A DNA stretch of 64,000 nt from Lophium mytilinum (GCA_010093605.1 MU004182.1:1397032-1461031); one strand, 5' to 3'. Positions 25,735-39,543 are shown, counted from the first letter of the stretch. Translations and numbers: made by a program. The notes: generated by a model not told the origin, from the letters alone.

Positions 25735-27241
25735 TGGAGTAACGAGGATTCATGTAAATTGGCCCAATGTGTATGTCAATAAGGGCGCCGAGAGACGCAG
25801 AGTGGTTAACGTGAAGCGAACATCTCCATAACGGGGCAAAAGTTGTGTGGATTTCGAGAGGAACAGGTGAGGTCCGACGGTTGACTTAACCGCTTTTGCT
25901 CCACTATCGTTATCCTAAACGTGGTTAGTGCATGGACAAGCATTGGGCTTACTGAGCACGGAGGTGGAAAAGGTGGCGCACTCAGCGAGCATTCTGTCTT
26001 GTGCGCTTGTGTGCATGTGCACCTATCTTCAATTGATTGGAGTGCTTCGACAAGTTTCCAAATAGCTTCAAACTAAGCATTTCTATGTAGTTTCCACGTT
26101 TGAAAATGCTTTGAAACACCCCAAACAGCGGTAGAATAAACAAGTGTCGAAAAGGCAGAATGCTTGTTTAGCGGGCCACCTTTTTCAAGTCTAGCGTGGG
26201 AGGACAGGACCACCCCAGTAGCACAAAGATGTTGTCACGATTAGTCTAATCTCAGGTCAAGCACCTTTACACTATGGAGTCAGAGTTATAGATAGGCAGG
26301 AAGTGCCACAGCAGCATAAAGACCATGTTCGACCTTTAGGAACACGGGTCTGACCTTAGTTCACGCTTCGCCTAGGTAAGTCTTCGAATACGCGCGAGGA
26401 CCACGGCCAGTAGTAGCAAACATAGTCTTCACAAGTTTTCCAAGAGCACATTCAAAACACAGGGTCTCATTCTTCACATCTCGCCCAGATCTCCGTAACT
26501 GTGCTTAGATAATGTTAAGCACCGTTACTCAAACCATATATCAAACTGCTGAATACAGCCTCAATTTCGATGCTTAGTCTTCGCATACCCCTCTCTCACA
26601 AACGCTGCACAACCTCTGACATCCGCAAGCGGACCAAGCACAAAGTTTGCGAATATATGTCTGAGTTGAAAGGTTCGATTTCTGGCATCTCGCTTTATTC
26701 GTCATGAAACTCTATTGCGAGCTTTGGCAGGTACACATCCAGGAAGGCGGTTCGATTCGCCAAAACTTAGTCTTTTCATCTCGCTCGGATACCTCAGACT
26801 ATAGACCCTGTACAATTAATGCTGGTAACTTATACTGGTTTCTCAAGTCGAGGTTGTGGAGTTTCATCACAAGAATTAAGTCTATATATTCTAACACGAA
26901 CGGAATTCTACCAATTCTCAACTACACACATATGTCCGCAACAGCGTAGAATGGCAGAATATCTATGGCTCGTGTGCATCAACCGGCCGCCCGCCGCAGG
27001 CCCGGCCGAAGGCCAAAAGCAGATTTGGGATCGAAAGATTATGTAGAAGTAGTGGGGCACAACAACCCCGCAATCGTCATGCATTAATAAGGACAACCTG
27101 AAGCTTCCGAACACTGAGTCCATTGAACAATTGCGCCTTTCTCACTATCTATCAACCATATGGGCAGGGAGTAGAAACACACTAAAGGCCAATCATTTCC
27201 CCAATCCAGATTCCCATCCCATCCCACCCCAAACCGAGCCA

Positions 27242-28044
27242 ATGGCGCCAACCAAAACCATAACCCTAGCCTTCGACGCCTACGGCACCCTCCTCTCCAC
27301 CGAATCCATCGCCAAAAAACTAGCCTCGCATTATGGCGCCGACACCGCGGCGGCGGTCGCGCAAACATGGCGGAAGTACCAGCTCGAGTACACGTGGAGG
27401 GCGAATAGCATGAGTGCGCTCTCCTACTCGACAACTAAACAGGACTTGAAACTAACAAGCCCTTGCAAGACACCTACACCCCCTTCTCAACCCTCACCCA
27501 ACGCTCTCTCATCCACGCCATCGCCGAACACGCCCTCCCACCCCTCCCCCCCGCCTCCCTCGCCGATCTCATGTCCGCCTACGACTCCCTCGCCCCCTTC
27601 CCCGACGTTCCCCCGGCGCTCGACGCGCTCGCGACTGAGCCGGATCTTACCGCCGTCGTGTTCTCGAACGGCACGTACGACATGATCTCCCGCTCTATCA
27701 ACCATTCCCCGGGCCTGTCGCCTCACGCCGCCGTCTTCAGCCAGATCGTGGTGGTTGAGGAGGTTAGGAAGTTCAAGCCCGCGCCGGAGGTATATGCGTA
27801 CTTGGCGGAGAAAGTGGGGAAGAAGGCGGAGAAGGGCGAGGGGGGGTTCGGGGATGTTTGGCTGGTGAGCTCGAATCCGTTTGATGTGGTTGGGGCGAAG
27901 GCGGTGGGGATGCGCGCGTGTTGGGTGGATAGGGGTGGTGGGGGGTGGGTTGATCGGTTGGTGGAAGGGGAGGGGGCCGGGCCGGATGTGGTGGTTAAGG
28001 GATTGGGGGAGGTTGTGGGTGCTGTGAGGGGGTTTGAGGGGTAG
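27242..28044 (+). CDS. Haloacid dehalogenase type II (HAD superfamily), 2 exons
   Basis: AFDAYGTLL, WRKYQLEYTW, PFPDV, VFSNGT, FKPAPEVY, LVSSNPFDVVGA. Intron ~27414-27468. Confidence 0.9.
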
Positions 28045-31000
28045 GGAGGGGTTAGAGAGGATGAGGATTAGATGAAGTGTGAGCGAAGAAGAGCTTGGGT
28101 GTTGAGTATACAGGTACAAAAGGAGAAATGAGGGACAAGATGGAAAGGAGTCAATAACGGAAATGATATAAGCATGCGCGTTTTTCTACTCGACTTTTTG
28201 GATGCTATTTGAACTCGTCTAGCCTACTCACGAAGCCCTTCATGAGATGTAAAGTTTTGGCCCTTGAGATTTTGAGATGCATTTCTATAAATCTTCGTGG
28301 TTGTCAAGCTGCTGTCTGTTATCCTCTGGCTCTTTGAAAACCTCAGATCGAGACGTCCAGCTGTAAGGCCTGTGAAATAGGCTCGCGACCAAAGACTTGC
28401 ACTCGACCTACGTGCCATTGACTGGAGTTCTCTATAGTGTCGAAAGTAGTGCGAACGAGACACCAGAGGTAGAATCATATGAATTAGTACCAAGAATAGG
28501 AAGGATGGAGGTCTGCCTGAGCAACGTCGCATTCACCGGTCCCTTCGTATCCATCGGGCATATTGCATACACCTGGAAATCCTTCGCAAGAGAGGGCATG
28601 GCGCACATCGCTTAACACAGCCCAGTACCGGATTTTTAGTCTTATCGCACGTTGCTGTGCGTCGTAGCAAGGCTGAATTAGAATCCTGATGGATCGACGT
28701 ACCCGCATTACGGATACAGTTGCGGCGGTGCGACAGTCCCAAAAGGGAGTTCCGGAGCAGCGAGTTGCGAGCGGTGACCACAAAGGCGGCGCATGCAGGT
28801 GAGGTGGGTTATGTAATAGGCGATCATGTTGGTGGAGTTGTCGATTGCTGATCGCAGGGCTGAGTACTAATCTTGGCACGCAGGCTCGTGGCACTTGCCT
28901 GTTTTAGGCATATCGCGCGACAGCTGTTGGAGAGACCGGTTTCTCTTCAATGATTTAGAGGATCTGCGCATTTGGTCTTTCTACATATTGTAGAGGTGTG
29001 ATGATAGGGTATGAGCAGCTTGCCTGATGTCATAGTATCGATAGAGGCAGAGCCACGAATTGTAGCCATGTGTGTAGTGGGCGATCAGGGTCTCGGACTT
29101 GCTCCGAGACTTGACATGGCGATGTCTTGGCTAGAGGTATCAACTAGAGAATTTACAATACTTCGGAATAGTCCCCTCATTTCTCCGCGGGCCGTTCTTG
29201 ATGTATCGTGAATGAGGATCGTGATAGCTGGCACGCCTGGGAGAATGAATGCCGAATATCGGAGGTGAGACGGCAACTGCATTAGGCGTTCCGTCGACAG
29301 CGCATCGTCTCGCACGCCGTTTGATAGGGCTGGTGGCAGCGTGTTTGGGCTCTATTACCTGAAGAGTGTGATAGTATGCAGGTGATTTAAAATGTGACAG
29401 GAATGATTGGAAATAGAGACTTTGGTATCTACATGTGTCAGCATTGATGGATAAACACGATGTATTAGTTAGCAGTCGCGCTCTCTACGCAAACTCAAGG
29501 ACTAGGTATTGGATAACTCGTAAAGGGATCGAATTATTGGTGGGGCGGGGATAAGACTGGATTTTGGACCTTGGTGCAGAACCCAGGGCCTTTCATCTGC
29601 TGTATGTAGAGTCCCACGCAGCAGGGGTCGCATTTGTCATACGGGCCGTGATCTGCTGGATCTGATATTTGATATAGAGGGGCAGCTGAATCGCTTAACC
29701 GAAATCCCAAAACAGAGCAACTAGCCTGATTTGTCGAATGCCCGGGATGCTCTTCTCAGCATGGTGATGTTGGTGGTCAACTGCCCAGTCCGTGAGGATT
29801 TCAAGCACGGCTTTGGCTATGGCTTGACTCTTGGATGTCAGACTCGTCTCAAGTGTGGCAGAGGCCCTTCAATTGAGGCGTCCGGGATCGGAGAGGGGGA
29901 ACGTTCCCGTGGCACTCAGTAATGAGACAGTGAAGGCAGCTGGGCAAGGTAAAAATAGTTGAATGCCATAGGGGTCGGGGTTCCGCTTGGAGGCCCTGTC
30001 TGCGCGCGACTCCAAGCACAGCAGCAGAGCAGACGGCAGCGTCGCATGAACCACAGTTGGGAAAGGGGTAGTAGGGCGTGGTATATACTTCTCGGGCTGG
30101 CCGGTGAGGCTCAAGCCACGGCACGGTGGAGAGCTGTGTCGCCAGCGCAGTGGTTCTCGCTCCACACAGTGCGACCGCGGGCGCTGGAAGGCGAGAGCAG
30201 CGGTGTGTGTGGGAGCACATTCCACCTACGGCCGCATTGTGAGACGCTTAATTCGAACCCTTGCAGCAGCGCCAGCCCTACCACGCGCAACGGAGGGCGG
30301 GAGAAGGGGGGCAGTGCGCTGGGAAAGCTTGGCTCGCTGACTGTGTCGTGGCCGTGTCTGGGGAGGATTGGACATGCCCACAGCGGTTTAGCCCCGAGCA
30401 GAGCCACGACAGAGTCCGTGAGGACGGAGAGAGCTGGCAGGCCATTACGGGCGCCCATTGGCCGCCGAATTGGACATGCAGGGCGTGGCTGAGGCTGCGG
30501 GCGAGGTGCTGCAAAGGGCGCGATGTTGCGAAGCAAAAAGGCGGTCGATATGTGGGAGCCCCAGACGCCGTGGAAAGCCCACGTTACATGGCCAGCCTGC
30601 CGTGCTGCGAAATCAATTGGAAATGGCTGTCGACGAGGTTGCTCGCGCCAGCAGTGCAGCCAGGCAATGACATCAAAGAAACTGGAATTGCGAGCAGATA
30701 GGTGTGAGTAATCATGGGGATTAGGAATGCTTGCCTCGATTGTCAGCAGCCCTACAGCCAACGGTGATCAACCATCCCCTCTTTGTCCACCTGCACAGTA
30801 ATGCGGGGAGCCAATCAACGGGTCGCCCAGCATCGGCACGAGTTTCGCTCGCACGGCATCGCGAGCACGCCGAATGCAGTCGCAGATAAATGCGCACCAC
30901 CTGAGTTCTGAGTTGCGACAAGGTTTCAAGACGTGGCACGATCGGGTTGTGGAAAACACCATTTCCACGGGCCAAAAGCTCGGGCGCGAGCGCGGCAGAT

Positions 31001-32277
31001 CATCACGTTATGACTCCATGAAGCGGCCATGACGGGCACATTCTCGTGGAGTCGGCGTGGTGAGGGCGCTCGGAGTTTGCAAGAGCCCGCGCTGCATGTG
31101 GCCAGCAACGCGGACCAGCAGGCCATCTCCAAGGCTCGTCCGAGAAAACCGAGGCGGCGAGACGGCGATGCAAGGGTCTGCGGTGGGAGGTGGAGTTACG
31201 CCGGTATCGCCAATACCGCTAAACCAGCGTATTCTCCATATCTCCGAATAGTCTCCATCGTGGCCATCATGAGTCTTCCTGCGGGCGGCCGAGTCATCCA
31301 CCAGCTATCCTCGGTGCGCATAACGTTAATTTGACGATGCTTGGCGTGAAGCATCTCCGTCGCAGTGTCGCGTTGCATGCTGCGCAGGCTTAGCGGGACA
31401 GCGGTGCCTTTTTGCGTGTACACAGTACGAGTGCGGCAGACCCGCTGGCTGAGCGGTGGATGCGCTGGGCAGGCATCTTGCGAGTGGTTTTCATCAGCTG
31501 TGGACGCGGCGCGCGAGGAAGATGCGAAAAAGATGCGAGATCGGGCACAGATGCGAGCCGACGAGGCTGTCTGCGCGTTTCGTCCGCTGTGCCTCAGAAA
31601 CCACGTCGGCTGTACGAGGTACGAACAGGGCGCGAAGTTAGCAGCCTGGCGCAACAATCGAGGGCCGACTTGCAGGACGGGCAGATCGGGCATGATTTGT
31701 CGCAGGCCGCTCGTCGCAGATGACCAGGAGTTCCAGGATCTCAAGGCTCATTCCTCAGCGTTTCTAAACACCGGGCAGCACGTACGGCCGAACGGCATGG
31801 AAGCGTGCTGCGTAATTCGGTTTGGGGAGCGACGGGTTGCAGGGCGGACGGTTAGGGTTTAGGGTGGCCGAGTGATTCATCATCTTCACCGCTGCAAATG
31901 CAGGGGTCGTAAAGGCCGTGCAGCTCGGGCTTACACGCCCACCGACTTCTGCTCCGCCGGATCGAAGTGGCCCTTAACCCCAGCAGCGCCGTGGTCATCC
32001 ACGCGAAACAGCCTTGGATAAAGCAACAGCACTTCCCCAACCATCCGGCCTCATTCACACCACTCCTCCAGACAAGCACCAGACACCGCTACCACTACCA
32101 CTTGAACAACATCCACTTCAACATCGACAGCTAGCACTCAACTACGCCGACATCAAAGCAACACCCCTGCTTCGCATCGCCCAGACCACCGCCAGCCAAT
32201 CACACCAAACCAGTCATACCTCTCCAGGCATTGACTCACGCCAGGCACACAAAATTCTGCCTACACTCATAAACACA

Positions 32278-33063
32278 ATGCCTTCCGCACATACTCCCTC
32301 GCATCTGCGACTCCAGTCTTCCTTCGACCCCGTTGCCGTTGAAAGCACCCGCTCCCACTTCGTCTCGTCGCCGCCCCAGAAGAAGCAGAAGATGAGCCTC
32401 ACCCAGACCTACTACATCGCCGCCTCTGCCCGGTCAAAGCTAGGCCGCGAGGCCAGCCGGGCAGACCACGACCTCAGGCTCCTTGTGGGGCACGCCAACC
32501 TGCTCGACTCCCTCATGCTCGAGCTTGCCGATGCCGAGCGGGAGCAGGAAGCTTGGTTCAACCAGACAGTCAAGAAGGCCTCCAAGGCCGACGAGCCCCG
32601 ACACGTACAATGGGTCGACACCATTGCCGAAGCACCAGAAGATGAGGAGGAGGACTCAGACAGCGACTCCGAGTCAGACTACTACGATGAGGACGGCGAC
32701 TTCGACATGATGCTCCCAATGCCCAGGCGGATAATGCAGGCACCCGTCCAGGTCACCACCACAGAGATGGATGAGGATGAGGACTTCTACGAGGACTTCG
32801 AGGACGACGAGGAGCACGCCCTTACCCGCACCTCCTCGCAATCACCGCCCGAGCTCGTTCACGATGAGGACTCAGACGACGAGTCACCGCCCGTCTCCCC
32901 ACCCACGCTCAGCATGGAGTTTTCGGAGAAGGAGGCAATCCTCACAACATCATACTATGACCGCAAGCCTTCCGCCCTCTCGACGCCAGAGCAAGCATCC
33001 TTTATCCAGGATGGCTTCTTTATACCCGAACGAAACAACGCCCCGCTCATAGCCACTTGTTAG
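32278..33063 (+). CDS. Ecm13/YJR115W-like conserved fungal protein
   Basis: MSLTQTYYIAASARSKLGREASRADHDLRLLVGHANLLDSL followed by acidic low-complexity sequence. First ATG at 32278, alternative at 32392. Confidence 0.75.
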   Translation: MPSAHTPSHLRLQSSFDPVAVESTRSHFVSSPPQKKQKMSLTQTYYIAASARSKLGREASRADHDLRLLVGHANLLDSLMLELADAEREQEAWFNQTVKKASKADEPRHVQWVDTIAEAPEDEEEDSDSDSESDYYDEDGDFDMMLPMPRRIMQAPVQVTTTEMDEDEDFYEDFEDDEEHALTRTSSQSPPELVHDEDSDDESPPVSPPTLSMEFSEKEAILTTSYYDRKPSALSTPEQASFIQDGFFIPERNNAPLIATC

Positions 33064-36000
33064 CCGCACACCACACTTCTTTGGCCTACGACTTTCAGCG
33101 ATTTGAGCGAGCGATTGATTTCTAGCATGGCGCCCCGGGAAAAATATCAACGGATTTCATTTATATTGGGTTTCTACACTCGGGAAATTGGATTCCGCGG
33201 CGCGCAGGAGTTGCCGCGACGGACCATCCCACCTCACTACTCTACTGGACTGGAGCATTTCTTTGGAAGGATGTGGACGATATGGAAGCAGCATGTGAAG
33301 ATGTTGAACGGATCAGCGGACTCGGCTTGGCGAGATCTCCCTCAGCTGACAGCAGCGAGGTCGAGACTCGGAGCCAGGATACATAGCAATTGAAATGATC
33401 ACATCACACAAACAAAACATCTTTACTCTGCCTGGTGATTTGCTCGACTGACCGACTAATACAGCTTTGTCTCACGCACCCAGCTCCACAAGACAACCCC
33501 CTTACATCAACCATCATGCTATCATACCATCGAACCTTGAAGCTTCTCAGCTGACCCCCTGCCCCTAGAGTTCCGGACAGCCCGTGCCCCGCAGCAGACC
33601 CTTGCTTGTCAGCCAAGGCTTGTCTCTGCCACCGCTGCTCCCGGCTCGTTTCCAGCGCGACGGCGCTCAGCCCTGTCGCGGTTCTGTCTCGCTCGGTCTC
33701 TCGCTTTTCCCGCACCTCGGGCGACAGTTCGGCCAGCGGCCGAACTCACAACTCGACGATGCGAGTCTCGCACCCGACGGGGCCCTTGGTAGAGGGTCTT
33801 GTTTCTCAAATCAGCAATCTTGGCGACGTCTTCATGAGGTCAGCAGGCGACTTGGCCAATCTTGGGGCCTGAACCCAGATAGGCTTTAATCCTGCTTTGC
33901 TACTCGCGATCATCGCGAGCTTGCCTGCGCCAGCTGCGGCGATCAAGGAATAGTGTTGGATATTATAGATACGGAGAAGAACCGCACTGCTCTGCAGCCG
34001 CCAGCACCGCCAGAATCAAAAACACCAGTGTCCGACGGCACGCGAGCAGGTCGAAATGATCGGACTTCGCCTCGTGTCGCAGGCCCCAGAAACACTGTTT
34101 GGACTGCTGTTTTGTTTCGCTTCGAAACACGCAACGGAGTTGGAGGACTTGCTGCCTTCTCCGCAGTCATTTGGGCCCCCAGCTAGCACGCACACCCCTA
34201 TCTGTATCGCGTTTTGCGGAGAATGGCATTCAGGATTGCGGGATGGGGTATGTTTCGCGCTGCAGCACAGTTCTGCATGCAGTCAGCGAACTGTTGGTTG
34301 GTGTTGCACCATTTCAAGCTTCAAAGCCTATGAAAGCCTTGGAAGCAGTTGGCGGTCGGATTTCGGCCGTTTCAAGCAGGAAACCAGCAACACTCGCTTG
34401 ATCAACTTCAAGCGGTGTGTGGTGCAAGAGTGCGAGCCTCGCAACTCGTCCCGTGTCTGCATACAGGAGCAGGATTTTGATTGCGGCGGGTGGACGTAAC
34501 CAATTCCTGCGCTGAGCCCTCCTTTCATCACACTGCTCGCGTTGCCACGTATGTGTGCTGCGAAGCCGGTGTTTCGCAACTCTAGCCTTCCAGTTCCAAG
34601 TGTCTGCCTGATGGACGAAGAACGGCCCGCTGCGATCTAACCCCCAAGGCAGCATACATCGCGGAAGTAGCCTATTCAGTTACTATACGCGACGACACCG
34701 CCTACGTACGCACGCGCAACAGTAGCCATGGGAACGCGAGCGAACGCGCGGAATACGGGCGCAAGTCTGCTCCGTACCTACATCTCCACATTTCAACAAC
34801 TCCCCTCGCCTCGGCATCCTTCATGAAATCTGTACGAAAAGCTAATCAGGCAACCACTTCTCTGCCCCCTCGTTCGCTGGCCGGACCCCGCGGCCCGCGC
34901 GTGTGACTTCTGGGAGATAGCCGTTTCGCGCCGCGCTTCCATCTCATCTCAGCGGGTCGGTCGGAGGCTTCAAAAGCGCGCATACGGTCGATCATCGTTT
35001 ACCGATTAGGGTATCCTGTGACCTCTGGTCGGGAGAAGCAGGCTGCCCTACTAACGACTGAGCTGAGTGAATATCCTTCATCCCGACTTCTCCCATCACC
35101 ACAACAACCATCACCGCCTCTTCCGTGGAGTTTACCGGCAACCGGTCCATCCTAGATCCTTGAAGATGAAAACCCTAAACCGCCCTTTTGGAGATGATGG
35201 TCACTTGGTTCAGCACCCTTGCTCCCGGAGCCGAACGAGCATCGTGACAAGTCCATCCCTGTGCCTGGCTAGACGTCTGTAGCCTCGCGATGTCGGCACG
35301 GAGGCCCCGCTGCTTCCGGCTGCTCGTTCGATACCTCATTAGGCCGGCGCCGTCTCGCACGAGGTTGAAAAGAAAAATTGATTTTTTACTCAATTGCCTC
35401 ATGGACTCATGCCAGCTTGGTATCTTGGCTTGTGGGGCAGCCACGGGTAGGACGGAAGCTCTGCCGTTCTTCACGGTTCCAGTTATCTACTGGCCCTTCT
35501 AGCTCGGCGAGGACGAAGAGTTTTGGAGAACAAATATTTCACTCACTCCGACTCCGACTGCGTTTTCCTTCACTCCGACTCCGAGTCTTCCCCATGATCG
35601 ACTCCAAGGGTCCAGCTCAAAGAACGGGTTGGAAAAATTGCCTATCACTACCCTGATTAGGGCAAAGCCTCACCGTTGTTCGTGGCGCTTTTGAAAAGAT
35701 CTTTTCAAACCTTATTTCCGGTGGCTAGCGGCTGGATTGCAGGACTGATATCTGTAAGCATGCTACGTCGCTGAGTTGAGGCGGGGAATACAGTAGAATA
35801 GATGAGTGCGGAAGGTAGGCGTGTTTTTTGTTTCTTTTTGAATTGGCCAAAATATGGCATGCATCGGCTTCGATATCATCGGCATGGTGCGAAGGCTTTG
35901 GCAACGGCAAGCTAGCAGCATCTGCAGATGCAGCGGTATAGGTAAGCTTCTCGCTTGCATATCCTCTTTCATTAGTCACTCTGGATATATTCCCTGTTTC

Positions 36001-37708
36001 GACCACCCTTCAATCTCCATACCGCACTTCCACGGAGACATGATGAGTATGCATGGCTGGGCAATCGCCTTTGCATCTGACCCTGTCGTTTGGCTACCAA
36101 CCATTCGTGGAAGTTAGATCAAGATGCGCTGGGGATTCCAGCGTGGACTTGCGCTTCCTGGTTGACGCGCGCTGACCAAGATTAGCGAGATTTGATATCT
36201 CTTTGCAAGCAAGGTTCCATTCTCTCTGCGTTCGCTCGCGATGTCACCTTGCACATACGTCAGAGTAGTTGCGGAAGCATACACGCCTCTGATGTGAACG
36301 TTTGGTAAGCTCGATAGGCCACCCGCGACGGCGGCATGCACATTCGAATCGGACCTTTCTGAATGCCTACGGAGCACTGTGTGCCGTGACAGAAGAATGT
36401 CTACTAGGCCCTCTCCTCTTCAATGAACAAGCAAAATGCACGCAGGGGTGGTAATGTCACGGACGAAACCCAAAAGGCTCGAGTCTATCCTGGCCTTTGT
36501 GCCTTAGAAATTTGGTTGGCTTCTTCTATGAATCCGGAACACGCCAAGAAATCATCCTTCTTCATGCTCAACAGTTTTCGCTTCCTTCTCTCGATGTCCA
36601 ATCTTTTTACCTCTTTACCTATTCAAATCATAGTGGTTTCTTGGCAATGTCGGAAACACCTGAACTGGGCGGAGTAGCAATTGTCAAACCTCGAGATCTC
36701 CTCTCACTGTTATCAAAAGTATCTGGCATTTAGACCTCATCAAATACCGAGGTCTCTTCTTTCTGCGCTTCTTCCTACCCTTCTCGCATAGTTATAAATC
36801 TTCTTATTATTAAGGGCACGTGCCACAAACTCTACTTCTCGAGTATTTGAGCTCCTCCCCCGTCTCCACTGCATGGGGCTCCCCGTGTTCAATCTTGGCT
36901 CGAACATTGGCATCAAGATTGTCTCAGAGGAAATTGAGCTAGCCGTTTGCGCTTTACTTCGGCGATCCCACAGCCAGTCCGCGTGACAGCCATCTCCAAT
37001 GTTGCACAGCTTCCATCATCGATTCAATATAGCGCCTCAAAATGCTTGAGCGAGAAAGAGCTGCAAGATCCCTCTGCTTTCGATCCTACCAGCTTCAATA
37101 GCAAGAAAAGCAAAAACACCACCTTCAAATCGACAACCTTGCCCACCGACAAGCCCACCCTGCCTTTCCCTTCCGCTAACATTTTCTCACCACCAAAACC
37201 CATCCACACAAAGCTCCTGGCGCTCTGTCCTATCGCAACTACCAAATCCCGCCGATTCTCCTCCGCACCAATTGCATGCCCTCCCACGAACCTCTCGGTG
37301 AAAGCGAAGGCAAATTGTAAACATAGCCAGTCGTCATCCACGACCTGTCACACGCGCGCCGGGAAGCATAAAGTCGTGTGGTACGTTATTCGCGTCTCGA
37401 GTTGCACCGCCAAGGTAGACCCGGGATCTCGGACCCTGCACGACCACACCAGCAGTGCGGGAGGCGCCATGTGGTAGCGAGATCGGGTGAGGAGGAGACT
37501 TTATTGGCTATGCATAGCGGAGAGGGGCGGCAGATCTTGCTCATGATAGCTGAACTCTATCGATAGATGTTCTAGCTGTGAGGTGACGGCATTGGGGTGG
37601 CTTTTGGGGGCGGGGACTTTTATCCGGAGTCCTCGCAAACTTGGGGACAGCGGTTTTTTCAAGACTATTTGTGACAACTCGAGTCCAGGAGAGGGTGTAT
37701 TGATAGCA

Positions 37709-39543
37709 ATGCCGTTTTCCATGCGGGATCGTGAGGTTGGTTGATGTTGCTATTCCTTCCGTGTGATTTTCTTGAAGAGGTGAAGCTGACGATTTGGGAA
37801 GTATGATCTCAAGACTGTTCAACCCGGCAGCTCCAGCGTTTATGAGCGGAAGGTTGCTGTTGTCAACCGCGCGATGCTGGACCTGGGGATGGGGAAGTAT
37901 CAGTGGATGGTATTTGGATTATCGGGGTTGGGATGGTTTATGGATGTGGTGAGTATAACTAACCGTGCTACTCAGACACGAGATTATTCATACCAATATC
38001 TATCAATAGTGACCACCCTGAGCGTGGTAAGAGGCTAACGTGGCCGTCAGTACTGGAAGCAGGCGATCAATCTCATCGGGCCTTTTGTGAAGGAAGAGTT
38101 TGGGATCGACCAGATTGCCTGTAAGTGAACCAACCTTCGTCAAGTTTTCCTCTTCCCTATCTCTGAATCACAACTGGCGCTGACCGATTTCAGTTCTCAA
38201 TGTAGCGAAGTACGCCGGTTCTCTCGTCGGTGCAATGTTCTGACCTCTGACCTCCGACTACATCGGCCGACGACCGGCTTTCAATATCACATTAGGCCTC
38301 AGTTGCGTCGCGGCGCTGGTAGGCGCTGGCTCGCCCAATTTCGCAGCACTTGCCATTCTGGCTGGTATTATCGGCTTCGCAAATGGGGGAAACAAATATG
38401 TGGACAGCACGATCTTCATCGAGTTTGTCCCAGCATCGCACCAGTTTCTCTTGCCCATGGCTACAGTATTTGCATCACTGGCCCAACTGATATCAGTCTT
38501 GATTGCCTGGTACGTGACGTCTGAAAACATCCTCAGGGCAGATTCTCATTGACATGCCTCCAAGGCCACTTGTGACAAACTACTCCTGCACTCCCCAGCT
38601 TGTAGCAGCACATCAGTGCTTTTTTTCAAAGAATTTAGGCTGGCGCTACTACCTCTGGACCGGCGGCGGCCTCACCATCCCCATGGTAATCGTCCGCTAC
38701 CTCTTCCACCTCCTCGAAACCCCCAAATACCTCCTCGGCCGCTCCCGCGACGCCGCCGCCGTCTCCGTCGTCCAAACAATCGCCTCCACCAACCGCAACG
38801 CGACCTGGCTAACCCTCGACTCCCTCCGCACCATCGACATGGAGCTCTACACCACCACTACCACCCCCTCCCCAACCACAACCACAACCACCTCTTCCGC
38901 CCTCACCCTAAAGCACCGCCTCACCCCCCACAAGATCCCCGCCCTCTTCCGCACCCCCAAAATGGCCCTCTCCACCTCCCTCGCCGCTCTCATCTGGGCC
39001 ACCGTCAGCTTCGGCTCCACCCTCTTCAACTCCTTCCTCCCCTTCTTCCTCCAATCCTAATCCCAGTCCGCCGCCAGCCACCCCCTCACCACCTCGACCC
39101 TCTTCCGCACCCTCGCCATCCAAGCCGCCTGCAGCATCCCCGGCGCCCTCCTCGCCGGCGTCGCCGCAGAGCTCCCGTTCCTCGGCCGGAAAGGCACGGG
39201 GTGTGTCGCGTGTTTCGCTAGCGCTGTCTTCCTGTTCCTGTTCACGCGCGCGGAGTCATATGAGGCGGTGCTGGGGTGGTCGTGCGCGGTCGCGTTTTCG
39301 CTCGCGGTCGCGCATGGGTTGTTGTATGGGTATACGCCTGAGCTGTTTCCGGCGCCGATTAGGGGGACTGGGCAGGGGTTGGTGGGGCTGGCGGGGGAGG
39401 GGGCGAATGTGGGTGCGGCGTTGGTGGCGGCGTGGGTGGGGTTGGGGGAGCGGAGTGTGTGGGTGGCGGCGGGGTGTTTGGCGGCGGCTGGGGGGTTGTT
39501 TCCGTGGATGCCGTATGAGATGAGGGGGAGGGCAGCGGGATAG
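37709..39543 (+). pseudogene. MFS transporter (SV2-like) with two in-frame stop codons
   Basis: Spliced frame gives YERKVAVVNRAMLDLGMGKYQW...GAMF*PLTSDYIGRRPAFNITL...ETPKYLL...FLPFFLQS*SQS...LYGYTPELFPAPIRGTG. Stops are TGA at 38241-38243 and TAA at 39058-39060. The 5' start is uncertain. Confidence 0.75.

Noticed and set aside
26671..26765. GGTTCGATT T-loop-like motifs suggesting tRNA
   Set aside because: No acceptor stem, D-arm or anticodon arm can be built.
28224..31862. Many short overlapping ORFs upstream of the Ecm13-like gene
   Set aside because: No domain motifs, no consistent splice pattern, many non-ATG starts.
31851..31866. GTTAGGGTTTAGGGT telomere-like tract
   Set aside because: Only two imperfect units, compatible with chance or a single factor-binding site.
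36947..37477. 176-aa plus ORF and 105-aa minus ORF
   Set aside because: Non-ATG starts and no recognisable family; possibly a relic, but unsupported.
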